Source of the DNA: Spirochaetia bacterium | Lineage (GTDB): Bacteria > Spirochaetota > Spirochaetia > SZUA-6 > Bin103 | Assembly: GCA_965208575.1 (NCBI GenBank) | Contig: CBDBOV010000006.1 | Span: 1,376,001 to 1,440,000, forward strand | Length of the DNA: 64,000 nt | Direction of reading: 5' to 3' | Shown: positions 20,396-30,325 of the stretch, one piece after another | Layout: each line of letters opens with the position of its first letter | Numbering within the stretch: the first letter of the stretch is position 1 | Translations under genes and position numbers: made by a program | Notes under the pieces: generated by a model | Database searches by the model: none | What the model was told of the DNA's origin: nothing | The model's input: only the letters and a program-made list of their open reading frames with translations

Positions 20396-22195
20396 CTAGT
20401 TCAACTCGGACTTGAGCTGACTATCGATCCAAATGCGAGCGTAGGGCAGGGAATGGCCCATGTCGCCCACCTGCATCTCGCCGTTAAAGCCGGCGATCCA
20501 CGGCTGCGCAACGGTGAAACCGGGAGCCCGCGGACCCCAGATGTAGACGTGCTGCTCGATCGCATACATGTCGAGCGCCTTCGCCAGCCGTCGGTACTCG
20601 TCCTCGTCTTCACTGGCGGCCTCCAACTCCTCCCATCTGGCGTCGAACACCGGATCGCAGTAGGCACCCGACACGCCGATTTGCCCGTTGGAGGCATAAG
20701 CGCCGAGACTTGAGGCGAGAGCGTTGTAGTCGGCACCGTTGCTCCACCACATTGTCAAACCGTCCCAGTCTCGCGAACTCATCGTTCCGAAGAACACAGC
20801 ATCCTCGAGCGCATTGAGCTCGACCTCCACCCCGATCTCCTTCCAGTAACCGACCTCCAGCTCGTGGTAGCCGATGTCGGATCGACCGACGGGTCGGATC
20901 ATCGAGGTCCGGAAGCGGACACCGTCCGCGCCGCGCGGGTATCCGGCCTCGTCGAGCAGTCGCTCGGCACCTTCAGGGTCGTAGGAGTAGAACTTCTTGA
21001 GCTCCTCGGGCCAGGTATCGAAGGCGTTGTGATAACCGACCCACGTTGGCCCGATAGGCCCCATCGGCTGCCACTCTCCGAAACCCGAGAAGTAGTTGTC
21101 GTTGAGGGTCTCCAGGTCGATCGCCATCTGCAACGCGTGGCGTACCCGCACGTCGCTGAGCGGCCCCCCGGCACAGATGTTCATGGGCGACGATACCTCG
21201 GATCGGAACGCGATCGGGAAGAACTGCATGTCCGGGTTGGTTTTCTGGAGTTCCAGCACGCTGCTGATCGACGTGATCTGCGCCACACCATTCCACCCGC
21301 TCAAATCGACCTGAGCCGACCGCAGTGCCGCAAGCCTGGTCGCCTGGTCGCCCATCACCAGCATCACGAGCCTATCGACATAGGGCAGGCGGTTCCCCGG
21401 GAACTTCTCGTCGTCCTTCCAGTAGTTGGGGTTCCTGTCAAACGTGACTGAGATGCCGCTGACGAACTCGTCCATGATAAAGGGCCCGGTGCCGATGACA
21501 TTGTTGGCGTCGTCGAGCGTGTCGAAGGTCTCGGGTGGGCGTGCAAAGATGTGGGGGTCGTCGAAGAGCAGCCGATGCGTGTCCCGAAACGGCCGCGACA
21601 GTTTGATCATCAACGTCAGCTCGTCGGTGGCCGCTACCGACTCTATGGGGAGCAGCACGGTTCCATGGCCAACCGGCGAGCGCTCCTGGCCGGCAAACCT
21701 GCCGATGCTTAACATGCGCTCGTAGTTCGCGGCCATGTCGTCGGCGGTCAGCTGCCGACCGTTAACCGGCGGCTTGTCGTGGAAGAAGACGTTGTCACGG
21801 ATCTTGTAGATGTAGGTCAACGGATCCGGGTTCTCCCAGCTCTCGGCCAGGTGCCCTGTCAGTATGCTCAAGGGGAAGTAGGTCGTAAACGGGTAGACAC
21901 TCCGGTCCGCCGCCCAGTCCGCGCGACCCAACCTGTCCAGCGCTGCTGCCGTCGCCAACCCGGCGCTGTGGGTGAGCCACGTGTCGCCGTGATCGGGAAG
22001 GCCGGCGAGGACTACAGTGGTGAGTGTCCCGCCGTATTCCGGCTTGAGCACCTGCTTGCCGGTGGACGGATCGGTCACGTACTCCTTCTCGGCGGCCATC
22101 GCCGTGTCGTCGTCTTCGCCGGCGGGGCTGGCAAAGGTAACGGTAGCCACCAGCGCGAACGCCAGTGCTACCGTTAAGAGCAAAAGAGCTTTCAT
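20396..22195 (-). CDS. Family-5 substrate-binding protein, unit C
   Basis: Signal peptide; PEYGGTL, HLAESWE, IGTGPF and RVRHAL motifs; RBS ggagg upstream. Confidence 0.94.
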   Translation of the reverse strand: MKALLLLTVALAFALVATVTFASPAGEDDDTAMAAEKEYVTDPSTGKQVLKPEYGGTLTTVVLAGLPDHGDTWLTHSAGLATAAALDRLGRADWAADRSVYPFTTYFPLSILTGHLAESWENPDPLTYIYKIRDNVFFHDKPPVNGRQLTADDMAANYERMLSIGRFAGQERSPVGHGTVLLPIESVAATDELTLMIKLSRPFRDTHRLLFDDPHIFARPPETFDTLDDANNVIGTGPFIMDEFVSGISVTFDRNPNYWKDDEKFPGNRLPYVDRLVMLVMGDQATRLAALRSAQVDLSGWNGVAQITSISSVLELQKTNPDMQFFPIAFRSEVSSPMNICAGGPLSDVRVRHALQMAIDLETLNDNYFSGFGEWQPMGPIGPTWVGYHNAFDTWPEELKKFYSYDPEGAERLLDEAGYPRGADGVRFRTSMIRPVGRSDIGYHELEVGYWKEIGVEVELNALEDAVFFGTMSSRDWDGLTMWWSNGADYNALASSLGAYASNGQIGVSGAYCDPVFDARWEELEAASEDEDEYRRLAKALDMYAIEQHVYIWGPRAPGFTVAQPWIAGFNGEMQVGDMGHSLPYARIWIDSQLKSELN

Positions 22196-22421
22196 TGTGC
22201 TCCTCCCTTTCTTGGTCGGGCACAGATCTGCCCATGTTCTTCTGTAGTTGCCGGCAACGCCGGACTGAATGGACTGGTGGAGGTCGGGGCCGACGGGGTC
22301 GGCCGTTGGACGCGCGGACGCGTTGCGGGTGTGGCCACGCGGATCGTCGGCGCCGCGGTCAGCACCGCTGCCGAGCAGTTGGCTGTCGCGCGGTTGGCTA
22401 GGCAGGCTAGGCGGCTATCGG

Positions 22422-22450
22422 GTGAGCGGTGAGCGGTGAGCGGTGAGCGG
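22422..22450. repeat. Heptamer tandem repeat (gtgagcg) x4
   Basis: Seen directly in the leader of SBP C. Confidence 0.8.
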
Positions 22451-22514
22451 ACCGGGGCCCATCGGCTCCATCAACCCCGACCGGCCGCTACGCTCGCTAC
22501 TAGCGTCGCTACTA

Positions 22515-23673
22515 GTGTCATGTGTCAGAAATGTCTTTACAGTATAATCTCAGTGACTCCAGTATCTGGTCTGCACGCTTCGTCCATACGAACGGCTTCG
22601 GATCCTCATTGTACACGGCCAGATACTCCCTGATCGCCTGCTCAAGTGCCTGCGTGCTGGCAAACGAGCCACGCCGAATCCGCTTCTGCGTGAGCTCCGC
22701 GAACCACCGCTCCACCTGATTGATCCACGACGCACTTGTCGGCGTGAAGTGCAAGTGATAGCGCGGTCGGCGGAGCAGCCAGTTGTGGATCATCGCCGTC
22801 TTGTGGGTCCCGTAATTGTCCAGCACCAAGTGCACATCCAGTTCCGCCGGCACCGCCTGGTCGATGATCGCCAGGAACTTCTTGAACTCCACCGAGCGGT
22901 GCCGCCGGTAGCACTTGCCAATCACCTCTCCGGTGGCGGCGTTCAAGGCCGCGAACAGCGAGGTCGTCCCGTTGCGACGGTAGTCGTGCGTCTGCCGCCG
23001 CGGCACACCCGGTCGCATCGGCAGCTCCGGCTGGCTCCGCTCCAGCGCCTGGATCTGCGATTTCTCGTCCACGCACAACACCACCGCTCGCTCCGGCGGA
23101 TGCAGATACAGCCCCACGATGTCGCGCACTTTCTCGATGAACAACGGGTCGGCCGACAGCTTGAACGTCTCGCTGCGGTGCGGCTTCAAGCCGAACGCAC
23201 GCCAGATGCGCCCCACTGTCGCAAAGCTCAGCCCGCACTCCTTGGCCATCGACCGCGTGCTCCACTGCGTTGCCCCCCGTGGCAGCGTCTCCAGGGTGCG
23301 CGTCACCACCCGCTCCACATCCTCGTCCGCGACCGTGCGCGGCGCTCCCGGTCGTGGCTCGTCCAGTAACCCATCGCAGCCGTCACTCAGGAACCGCTTC
23401 CTCCACTTGCCGACCGTGGCGCGTGTCGTGCCCAGCGTGCTCGCCACCGCTTGGTCGCTCTTGCCGCTGGCACTTTCCAGCACGATCTGCGCCCGTAGGG
23501 CCAGCGCCTGCGCTGTCTTCTTGCGCCGCAGCCAGCGCTGCAACTCCTGCTCCTGTTCTTGCGACAACTCTGGAAGCTCTCTCGTGTAGTGGTTTGCCAT
23601 AGCCTGCCTCCTGTCTACGGCAGACCGTATCACAAGCAGGATTTACTGGTCAATCACTTACGACACATGACAC
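22515..23673 (-). mobile_element. IS630-family insertion sequence
   Basis: IRs gtgtcatgtgtc; flanking TA duplication within CTAG. Confidence 0.92.
22518..23600 (-). CDS. IS630 transposase
   Basis: [35 protein letters not shown] and [10 protein letters not shown] motifs. Confidence 0.96.
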   Translation of the reverse strand: MANHYTRELPELSQEQEQELQRWLRRKKTAQALALRAQIVLESASGKSDQAVASTLGTTRATVGKWRKRFLSDGCDGLLDEPRPGAPRTVADEDVERVVTRTLETLPRGATQWSTRSMAKECGLSFATVGRIWRAFGLKPHRSETFKLSADPLFIEKVRDIVGLYLHPPERAVVLCVDEKSQIQALERSQPELPMRPGVPRRQTHDYRRNGTTSLFAALNAATGEVIGKCYRRHRSVEFKKFLAIIDQAVPAELDVHLVLDNYGTHKTAMIHNWLLRRPRYHLHFTPTSASWINQVERWFAELTQKRIRRGSFASTQALEQAIREYLAVYNEDPKPFVWTKRADQILESLRLYCKDISDT

Positions 23674-23760
23674 TAGCGTCGCTACGCATCAGGCCGTAAC
23701 TCTACCATACTCGCCGAAGGAGGCGCAAGTGGCAGTGGGGCGGCAGCGGGCGGCCGCCAT

Positions 23761-23967
23761 GTCGTCACGGCGCATCAGGCGCCTGTGATACAATCCGACC
23801 GATCATTACCTGATCGCGCCGCTGTCGAAGATCGACCTCGACGACGTGCTCGGCCTGGTGCGCGACAAGAAGTACTTCGTGCTCCATGCGCCGCGCCAGA
23901 CCGGCAAGACGTCGATGCGGCGCTGCTGCGTGCTAACGACCACCGCGCGACGCGGCGCATCGGCGAC
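23761..23967 (+). pseudogene. Mosaic relic: AAA gene 5' fragments joined to an internal RES-toxin fragment
   Basis: Matches 11407-11438, 11521-11644 and 3134-3193 in succession. Confidence 0.85.
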
Positions 23968-24088
23968 TTTAAAGCAGTAAACGACAATTGTCCGACGCCC
24001 CCTGCGCGGCGAGCTGCAGCGCGGTTGCGCGGCCGATCTTAGACCGACCTGGAGACACTGGCGCCCATGCCGCTGGCCGCCCACGCAG

Positions 24089-24301
24089 TCAGCGGCGTGG
24101 ACCTGAAACGCCGAGTTCGAGGGTTGACCCATCTACGGATTCGGCGACTTTCACTGGCGCGATGAACCGATCCCGATACCGTTTCTGTAGTTCGATGTAG
24201 TAAGCCACCAGCCGTGCGGGCTCATGATCAACGCGCGCTGAGATGCGGTGGCGCACCTCGCGGATTTCGTCGATCACCGGATCACCCTGACTCTGTTTCA
24301 T
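24089..24301 (-). CDS. Small protein coupled to a PIN gene (putative antitoxin)
   Basis: DPVIDEIREVRHRISAR; overlaps the 3' end of the PIN gene. Confidence 0.7.
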   Translation of the reverse strand: MKQSQGDPVIDEIREVRHRISARVDHEPARLVAYYIELQKRYRDRFIAPVKVAESVDGSTLELGVSGPRR

Positions 24302-24776
24302 CTCTGCCTCCAAGCAGTTCCAAGGGCGTCACCAATGCCGGCACGAATAACCCCATCAGTACGTTTACGCGACGGATATGACCGAATTTGTTTGCGTTCG
24401 CCAAGTGCCGGCAGTTCCAGGTCACCAGGAAGTCGCATCTGTGAAAGGATGCCAGTGCCAAGTGCAGCGCATCACCACCCGGATCGGTGGGCATCACCTT
24501 GTGCCGGATGTACGTCTGCACGATCTCGCCGATGGCCGGCTCAACGGGCACCAGCGGCAGGTCATGAACGAGGACCTGCCGTTGCGCACTGCGCTCCGGT
24601 ATATCGCCAACCAGTTCATCCAGTACGGCCGCGCTGGTGACCAGTTCGTATCGCTCAGAGGCGTCGGCCCACCACTGCCGCGTCCACTTCCGTCGTGCGA
24701 CGATTTCAGGAGCTGTGCGCCTTTCCGTGTAGAAGCTGGGTATCGTTGTCTCAACGTACACGCGTGGTTTGCCCAC
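24282..24776 (-). CDS. PIN-domain (VapC-like) toxin
   Basis: VYVETTIPSFY, DALHLALAS and LVTWNCRHLAN motifs. Confidence 0.88.
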   Translation of the reverse strand: MGKPRVYVETTIPSFYTERRTAPEIVARRKWTRQWWADASERYELVTSAAVLDELVGDIPERSAQRQVLVHDLPLVPVEPAIGEIVQTYIRHKVMPTDPGGDALHLALASFHRCDFLVTWNCRHLANANKFGHIRRVNVLMGLFVPALVTPLELLGGRDETESG

Positions 24777-24933
24777 GGTTATACGATACCTGACAACAAC
24801 ACCTCTCGTCGTCCCCGGTTGGAAGAAGCTGACGCACCGCCTTGGCCCGGGCGATCAAGGGGCCGGCATCGCTTGTGACACGAGCCGGATAGATCGCGCC
24901 GGTTCGCCGCACGTGGTTGGCGCCCCGTGTCGG

Positions 24934-25896
24934 TCAGCTGCTCGACGATCGCGCCCGGACCGCACCCCTGAGCGCCTTGCCGCCATGGGCGCCCATGCGG
25001 CCTGCCCCGCCGCGCAGGCGCGGGTCGAGCAGGTCGCGGACGGCGTCGCCGAACATGTTGAAGCTGTACACAACGACGGTCAGGAAGATGCCCGGCCACA
25101 TGGCCAGCCACGGCGCCTGCTGCATGTAATTGCGCCCCTCGCGGCTCAGCAGGCCACCCCAGCTCGGCACGTTCAGCGGCAGCCCGAAGCCCAGAAAGCT
25201 CAAGCTGGCCTCGGTGATGATCACCGCGCCGATGGTGATGCTGAAGATGATGATGATCGGCGCCAGCACGTTCGGCAGCACGTGGCGCAGCACCGTGCGC
25301 CGGGACGGGCTGCCGACCGCCTGCGCCGCCTCGAAGTAGGCGTTCTCCTTGACGGCGATCACCGCGCCCCGGATCACGCGCGAGCTGCCGACGCCGTAGC
25401 TCAGGCCCAGCACGACGATGACCTGCAGGGCACCGGTACCCAGGATCGACATGATGGTCATGAGCAGCAGCAATCCCGGGAAGGCCATCCAGGCATCGAC
25501 GAATCTCTGCGTCAGCAGGTCGAGCCGGCCCCCCACGAACCCCGACAGCCCGCCGACGACGGTGGCCACCAGCACCGCCACCGTGGTGGCCGCGAAGCCG
25601 ACCAGCAGCGACAGGCGCGCGCCATAGATGTTGCGGCTCAGGAAGTCGCGACCGGTGTGATCGGTGCCCAGCAGATGCGCGGCCGAGGAGCCCTGCAGCC
25701 TCCGGGTCACGTCCTGGCGCAGGTCGGGGTCGGGCGCCACCACGTCGGCGAACACGCTCACCAGCACGAACAGCACGATGATCACGGCGCCGAGCAGGCC
25801 CAACGGCTTCTCCCGGACCAGCCGGTAGAAGAAGTCCGCAAGTGGGCCGCGCGGGCGCCGGGCGGCGGCGCCGCCGCGATCGGCGATGTCGCTCAC
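24934..25896 (-). CDS. ABC permease DppC/OppC, unit D
   Basis: Close paralog of 18418-19380. Confidence 0.95.
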   Translation of the reverse strand: MSDIADRGGAAARRPRGPLADFFYRLVREKPLGLLGAVIIVLFVLVSVFADVVAPDPDLRQDVTRRLQGSSAAHLLGTDHTGRDFLSRNIYGARLSLLVGFAATTVAVLVATVVGGLSGFVGGRLDLLTQRFVDAWMAFPGLLLLMTIMSILGTGALQVIVVLGLSYGVGSSRVIRGAVIAVKENAYFEAAQAVGSPSRRTVLRHVLPNVLAPIIIIFSITIGAVIITEASLSFLGFGLPLNVPSWGGLLSREGRNYMQQAPWLAMWPGIFLTVVVYSFNMFGDAVRDLLDPRLRGGAGRMGAHGGKALRGAVRARSSSS

Positions 25897-26852
25897 TGGT
25901 AGCGGATCCTCGGGTCAAGGTAGGCGTACAGCAGGTCGATGAGCAGGTTGGCGAACAGGATGAAGGTGGCAAAGAACAGGTTGATACCCGACACCATCGG
26001 ATAGTCACGGACCGACAGCGCCGAGATCAGCAGAGATCCCAGGCCGGGCAGGTTGAACAGCGTCTCGATGATCACCGAGCCACCCACCAGGATCGGCAGC
26101 TGCAGCCCGATGAGGGTGACCACCGGGATGAGCGCGTTCTTCATCGCGTGGCGGACGACCACCAGCCGCTCGCGCAGGCCCTTGGCCCAGGCCGTGCGTA
26201 CGTAGTCCTGCCGCAGCACTTCCAGCATCATGGTGCGCGTCATCCGCATGGTGGCGGCAGAGAGGCCGGTGCCCAGGATGAGGCCGGGGATGAGGAACAT
26301 GCCGATGTGGGCCACCGGATCCTCGCTGAAGTCAAACAGTCGCAGCGGCGGCGTCCAGCCCCACCAGATGCCGGGAAAGATGAGGACCATGAGGGCCAGC
26401 CAAAAGTTGGGCGTGGCCAACCCGAAGATGGCGACGCTGCGGCCCGCATAATCGCCGAGGGTGTCCTGGCGCACCGCCGAGTAGATGCCCACCGGCAGCG
26501 CGATCACCAGGCCGATGATCAGCGCCGCCACCCCCAGCTCCAGGGTGACGGGCAATCGGTCGAGGATCCTGATCTCCACTGGCTTGTGACCGCGGAGCAG
26601 GGACTGACCGAGGGTGCCTTCCAACACAATCCCTCGCATCCACTGTACGTAAGCGATGTGTGCTGGGACGTTCAGCCCCAGCATCTCGCTAAATCGCTCC
26701 AAGTCGTCATCGGTCGCGCCATACTGAGGGTCGCTCAGCAAGATGTCGACAAAATCACCGGGGAGCAGGCGTACCGAAAGGAACACCAGCATGGTCACGA
26801 TCAACAGCGTGGGGATGAACAGCAGCAGTCGCCGGACGAAGTAGGTAGACAC
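25893..26852 (-). CDS. ABC permease DppB/OppB, unit D
   Basis: Paralog of 19380-20336 with an identical central stretch. Confidence 0.95.
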   Translation of the reverse strand: MSTYFVRRLLLFIPTLLIVTMLVFLSVRLLPGDFVDILLSDPQYGATDDDLERFSEMLGLNVPAHIAYVQWMRGIVLEGTLGQSLLRGHKPVEIRILDRLPVTLELGVAALIIGLVIALPVGIYSAVRQDTLGDYAGRSVAIFGLATPNFWLALMVLIFPGIWWGWTPPLRLFDFSEDPVAHIGMFLIPGLILGTGLSAATMRMTRTMMLEVLRQDYVRTAWAKGLRERLVVVRHAMKNALIPVVTLIGLQLPILVGGSVIIETLFNLPGLGSLLISALSVRDYPMVSGINLFFATFILFANLLIDLLYAYLDPRIRYQ

Positions 26853-26911
26853 GGAAAATGCGGGCCTGGGACGGCGCGTGCAGCCCAGACCCTGCCAGTT
26901 GCCTGGATTGG

Positions 26912-28096
26912 CTAGTTCAACTCCGCCTTCAGCCGGCTATCAATCCACGACCGAACCAATGGCCCTTCCCAGCCGCAGTTGCCAATCCCCATCTCGCCGT
27001 TGAGGCCGACGATCCACGGCTGCGCAACGTTGAACGATCCAACCCGCACACCCCAGATGTAGGGGTGCTGCTCGATCACCCATAGGTCGAGCTCCTTCGC
27101 CAGCCGTCGGTACTCGTCACCGCTGGTCGCCTGCAACTCCTCCCACCTGGTGTCGAACCCCAGATTGTCCCACATGCCCCCGTGCCACGTGCTGGCATCG
27201 CTACGATAACTGCCGAGACTGCTTTCGAGTCTCCCGTAGTCGGCGCCGGCGCTCCAGCCCCAGGTCATTCCCTCCCAGTCTCCTGAACTGAGCTTCCCGT
27301 TGAGCGCGGCGCCGTCGAGCACATTGAACTCGACCTCCACCCCGATCTCCTTCCAGTAACCGACCTGCAGCTCGTGGTAGCCGATGTCCCATCGTTGAGC
27401 GTGCCCCCACATCGAGGTCCGGAAGCGAACGCCGTCCGCCCCGCGTGGGTATCCGGCCTCGTCGAGGAGTCGCTCGGCGCCTTCCGGGTCGTAGACCCAG
27501 TACTGCTTGATCTCTTCGGGCCAGGTATCGAAGGCGTTGTGATAGCCGGCCCATGCTGGCCCGATGGGTCCCATTGGCTGCCACTCTCCGAAGCCCTGGA
27601 AGTAGGTGTCCCTGATCGTCTCGTTGTCGATCGCCATCTGCAGTGCGTGGCGCACCCGGATGTCACTGAGGGGGCCCTCGCTAGGAATCTTGATGCCCAA
27701 CGCCGTCTCGTTTCGGAACGCGATCGACCAGGCCTGCATGCCCGGGTTGCTTTCCTGAAGGTCGAGCACGCTTTGGATCGAAGCGATCCGCGCGACACCA
27801 AATTCTCCGACGACATCGACCTGGCCCGAGCGCAGCGCCGCAAGCCTGGTCGCCTCGTCGCCCATCGTCAGCACCACGATCCTGTCGACATAGGGGAGCC
27901 GGTTGCCGGGGAACTTCTCGTCGTCCTTCCAGTAGTTGGGGTTCCTGTCATACGTGATCGAGCTGCCGAGGTCCGCCTCGACCATGGTGAAGGGCCCGGT
28001 GCCGATCAACTTGTTGGGGTCGTCCAGCGTGTCCAACGTCTCCGGTGCAAACGCCCGGATGTGGCAGCAGTCGAACAGCGCTTGATGCGTGTCTGC
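26912..28096 (-). pseudogene. Family-5 SBP, 5'-truncated (unit D)
   Basis: SBP similarity runs from DTHQALFD..IGTGPF to WIDSRLKAELN. The N-terminal third is replaced by unrelated fragments. Confidence 0.85.
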
Positions 28097-28233
28097 CGCG
28101 CCGCTGTCGAGGATCGATCTCGACGAAGTGCTCGGCTCCGGCACGGCTTGTCTGATGGCGCAAGCGCCGGGCTTGCCCACCCGGTCGGTTTCGTCAACGC
28201 ATACTCGCGCCCGCTGGGTGTCGATCGTATCGA

Positions 28234-28735
28234 TCAGCCAACGCGGTGCCCGGCGCGCTGGTAGAAGGCGGCTTTGCCGACACCGCCGCGCTCCACGAGC
28301 CCGGCATCCCGTAGCACGCGGAGCTCGCGCAGCGCCGTGTCGCCGGAGACGGCCAGGAAGGTGGCCGCCTCTTCCTTCGTGGTGCGCGTGCGCCCGGCGA
28401 CGAACTGAAACAGTCGGGTCTGCCGGGCCGACAGGGGCGACTCGGTGTCCAGCCGCGGGCGGAATGTGACCACGAAGAAGAGGGTTGGCTACCTCGATCG
28501 CGACCGGCGGGTCACAGTTGCGGGCAATGGCCTGTATCTCGCTACGCATGCGGTTGGAGGTGTCGACGCCAACCACCTCGCCGGCATCCTCGACACCGAC
28601 CAGAACCCTGCCACCCGTGGAGTTCGCGAACGCAACGATTTCACGGTCGAGCCGGGAGAGGGTCTGTTTGAACTCGAGGCGCTGCCCCTCCCCTTCGGCC
28701 AGCAGCAGGGCGAGGCGGTCTGCGGGGTCGCTCAT
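28234..28735 (-). pseudogene. Schlafen/AlbA_2-domain protein with C-terminal HTH, internally deleted
   Basis: EGEGQRLEFK..IVAFANSTGGRVLVGVED is joined out of frame to the wHTH VSGDTALRELRVLRDAGLVERGG. Confidence 0.8.
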
Positions 28736-28839
28736 GGGAGCCAGTGTAGCGGGACCGATCCCTGGTGTAAAGTGGTTGCGCCGCAAATGCGGCGCAAATG
28801 CGGCGCAAATCGAGCCAGACGACTGATCGGCCCCCGGAC

Positions 28840-28923
28840 GTTCAGTGAGACGCCGTCGTCCCCGGCGAGTTCCTTGAGTCGCTCATGTACGCGGTCGGGG
28901 AACCTTACCTGCATCGTCTTCAT
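28840..28923 (-). pseudogene. N-terminal fragment of a HicB/RHH-like antitoxin
   Basis: MKTMQVRFPDRVHERLKELAGDDGVSLN overlaps the LAGEDGVSLN start of the relics at 3363 and 13592. Confidence 0.65.
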
Positions 28924-29047
28924 GCTTCACTCCTGACTCGTCGAATGAACTCTCCGTGCCGCAGCGCGGCAATCTGGTACTTCAGTTACCCAGCGGAGTG
29001 GTGGGTGGACAGGGGGTGGGGAGTGCGGGTAGGGTGGCGCGGCGCTG

Positions 29048-30325
29048 ATGGAGAGGTCCTTCGGGATCGGCGACATCGCCGTTTATATCCCTCGACTACA
29101 GATTTCGCTCGATACGCTGATCGCACGGCACCGTGAACGCGACCCGCAGTGGGCCCGAACCCTGGCGCGGGCGCGGCGGCGCACGGGACAGGAGTCGTTG
29201 CGCTTCCCGGAGCCGTGGGAGGATTCCGCCACGATGGCGGCGCAGGCGGCGGCCGCGCTGCTGGAACGGATGAGCGAGGCCGCGATCGGCTCGCTCCGCT
29301 ACCTGGTGGTGGGCACCGAGACCGGTGTCGACCAGGCCAAGCCGGTGGCGGCGCACGTGCAGGGCATGTTGCAGCGCGCCGGATTCGCACTGTCGGGGGC
29401 GCTGTCCACGTTCGACATTCAGCACGCCTGCGCCGGCGGGGCGATCGGCCTGGCGAGCGTGGGAGCGATGCTGCAGGTAAGCCGCGGCGCGGCGGGGCGC
29501 GGGCTGATCATCTGCACCGACGAGGCGCGTTACGTAGCGGGCAGCAGCGCCGAGATCACCCAGGGCGCGGCCGCGGTGGCGCTGCTGGTGGAGCCCGACC
29601 CGCGCCTTCTGGAGATCGATTTCACGGCGGTGGGCTACGCGTCGCGCGACGTGGACGACTTCTTCCGCCCGCACGGCTCGGTGGCGGCGCGCGTGCGGGG
29701 GCGGTTCTCGATCGAGTGCTACCAGCGGGCGGTAGAGGAGGCGCTGCTCGACCTGGGCGTCCGCAGCGGGCGCGGCATGGCGGCGCTGCTGGAGGAGGCC
29801 GGACTGCTTGCGCTGCACGTGCCGTTCCGCTCGCTGCCGGAAGAGACGATGGCGGATCTGGTGCAGCGCCACTTGGGCTGCGATGCGGACGCGGCGGCCC
29901 GGTACCTGGCCGGGCGGCAGTTCACGGACGGCACCGCCCCCGCCGCGGTGGTGGGCAACGTGTACTCGGGGGCGCTGTTCCTGAGCGCGGCGGCGCTGCT
30001 GGCGGCGCGCCACCGCAAACGCCGGTCGGCGTTGGCCGGCACTCGTATGGTGCTGGCGGCGTACGGCTCCGGCAACACCGCGCTGGCGTTCTCGGGGCGG
30101 GTCGGCGAGCAGGCCGCCGCGGTGCTCGGAAGCTGGTGTCTCGATTCGCAGATCGGGCAGGGAGTGGAGGCGCCGCTGGCGGCGTACGATGCCTGGATCG
30201 CCGACTATCCCGGCCGGCGCGGCGCCGAACCGGCCGCGGGGCAGGTTCTGGCGGGCGGCTTCTACCTGCACGGGATTCGCAAGGACGGCTATCGGACCTA
30301 CCGGCGCGCGGGGGCGGGCTCGTGA
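29048..30325 (+). CDS. mvaS: Hydroxymethylglutaryl-CoA synthase
   Basis: EDSATMA, VGTETGVD, catalytic QHACAGG, EITQGAAAVA, DFFRP, HVPF and GNVYSG motifs. Confidence 0.9.
   Translation: MERSFGIGDIAVYIPRLQISLDTLIARHRERDPQWARTLARARRRTGQESLRFPEPWEDSATMAAQAAAALLERMSEAAIGSLRYLVVGTETGVDQAKPVAAHVQGMLQRAGFALSGALSTFDIQHACAGGAIGLASVGAMLQVSRGAAGRGLIICTDEARYVAGSSAEITQGAAAVALLVEPDPRLLEIDFTAVGYASRDVDDFFRPHGSVAARVRGRFSIECYQRAVEEALLDLGVRSGRGMAALLEEAGLLALHVPFRSLPEETMADLVQRHLGCDADAAARYLAGRQFTDGTAPAAVVGNVYSGALFLSAAALLAARHRKRRSALAGTRMVLAAYGSGNTALAFSGRVGEQAAAVLGSWCLDSQIGQGVEAPLAAYDAWIADYPGRRGAEPAAGQVLAGGFYLHGIRKDGYRTYRRAGAGS

Noticed and set aside
26912-28786. 624-aa ORF as a genuine AlbA-SBP protein
   Set aside because: The middle is out-of-frame and antisense debris from several genes.
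29149-30321. Long N-terminal extensions of fni, purH, Rieske, the ABC ATPase, LolA-like, hydantoinase A and sulfatase in the ORF track
   Set aside because: These are alternate-frame read-through in high-GC DNA overlapping real upstream genes; starts were reassigned.
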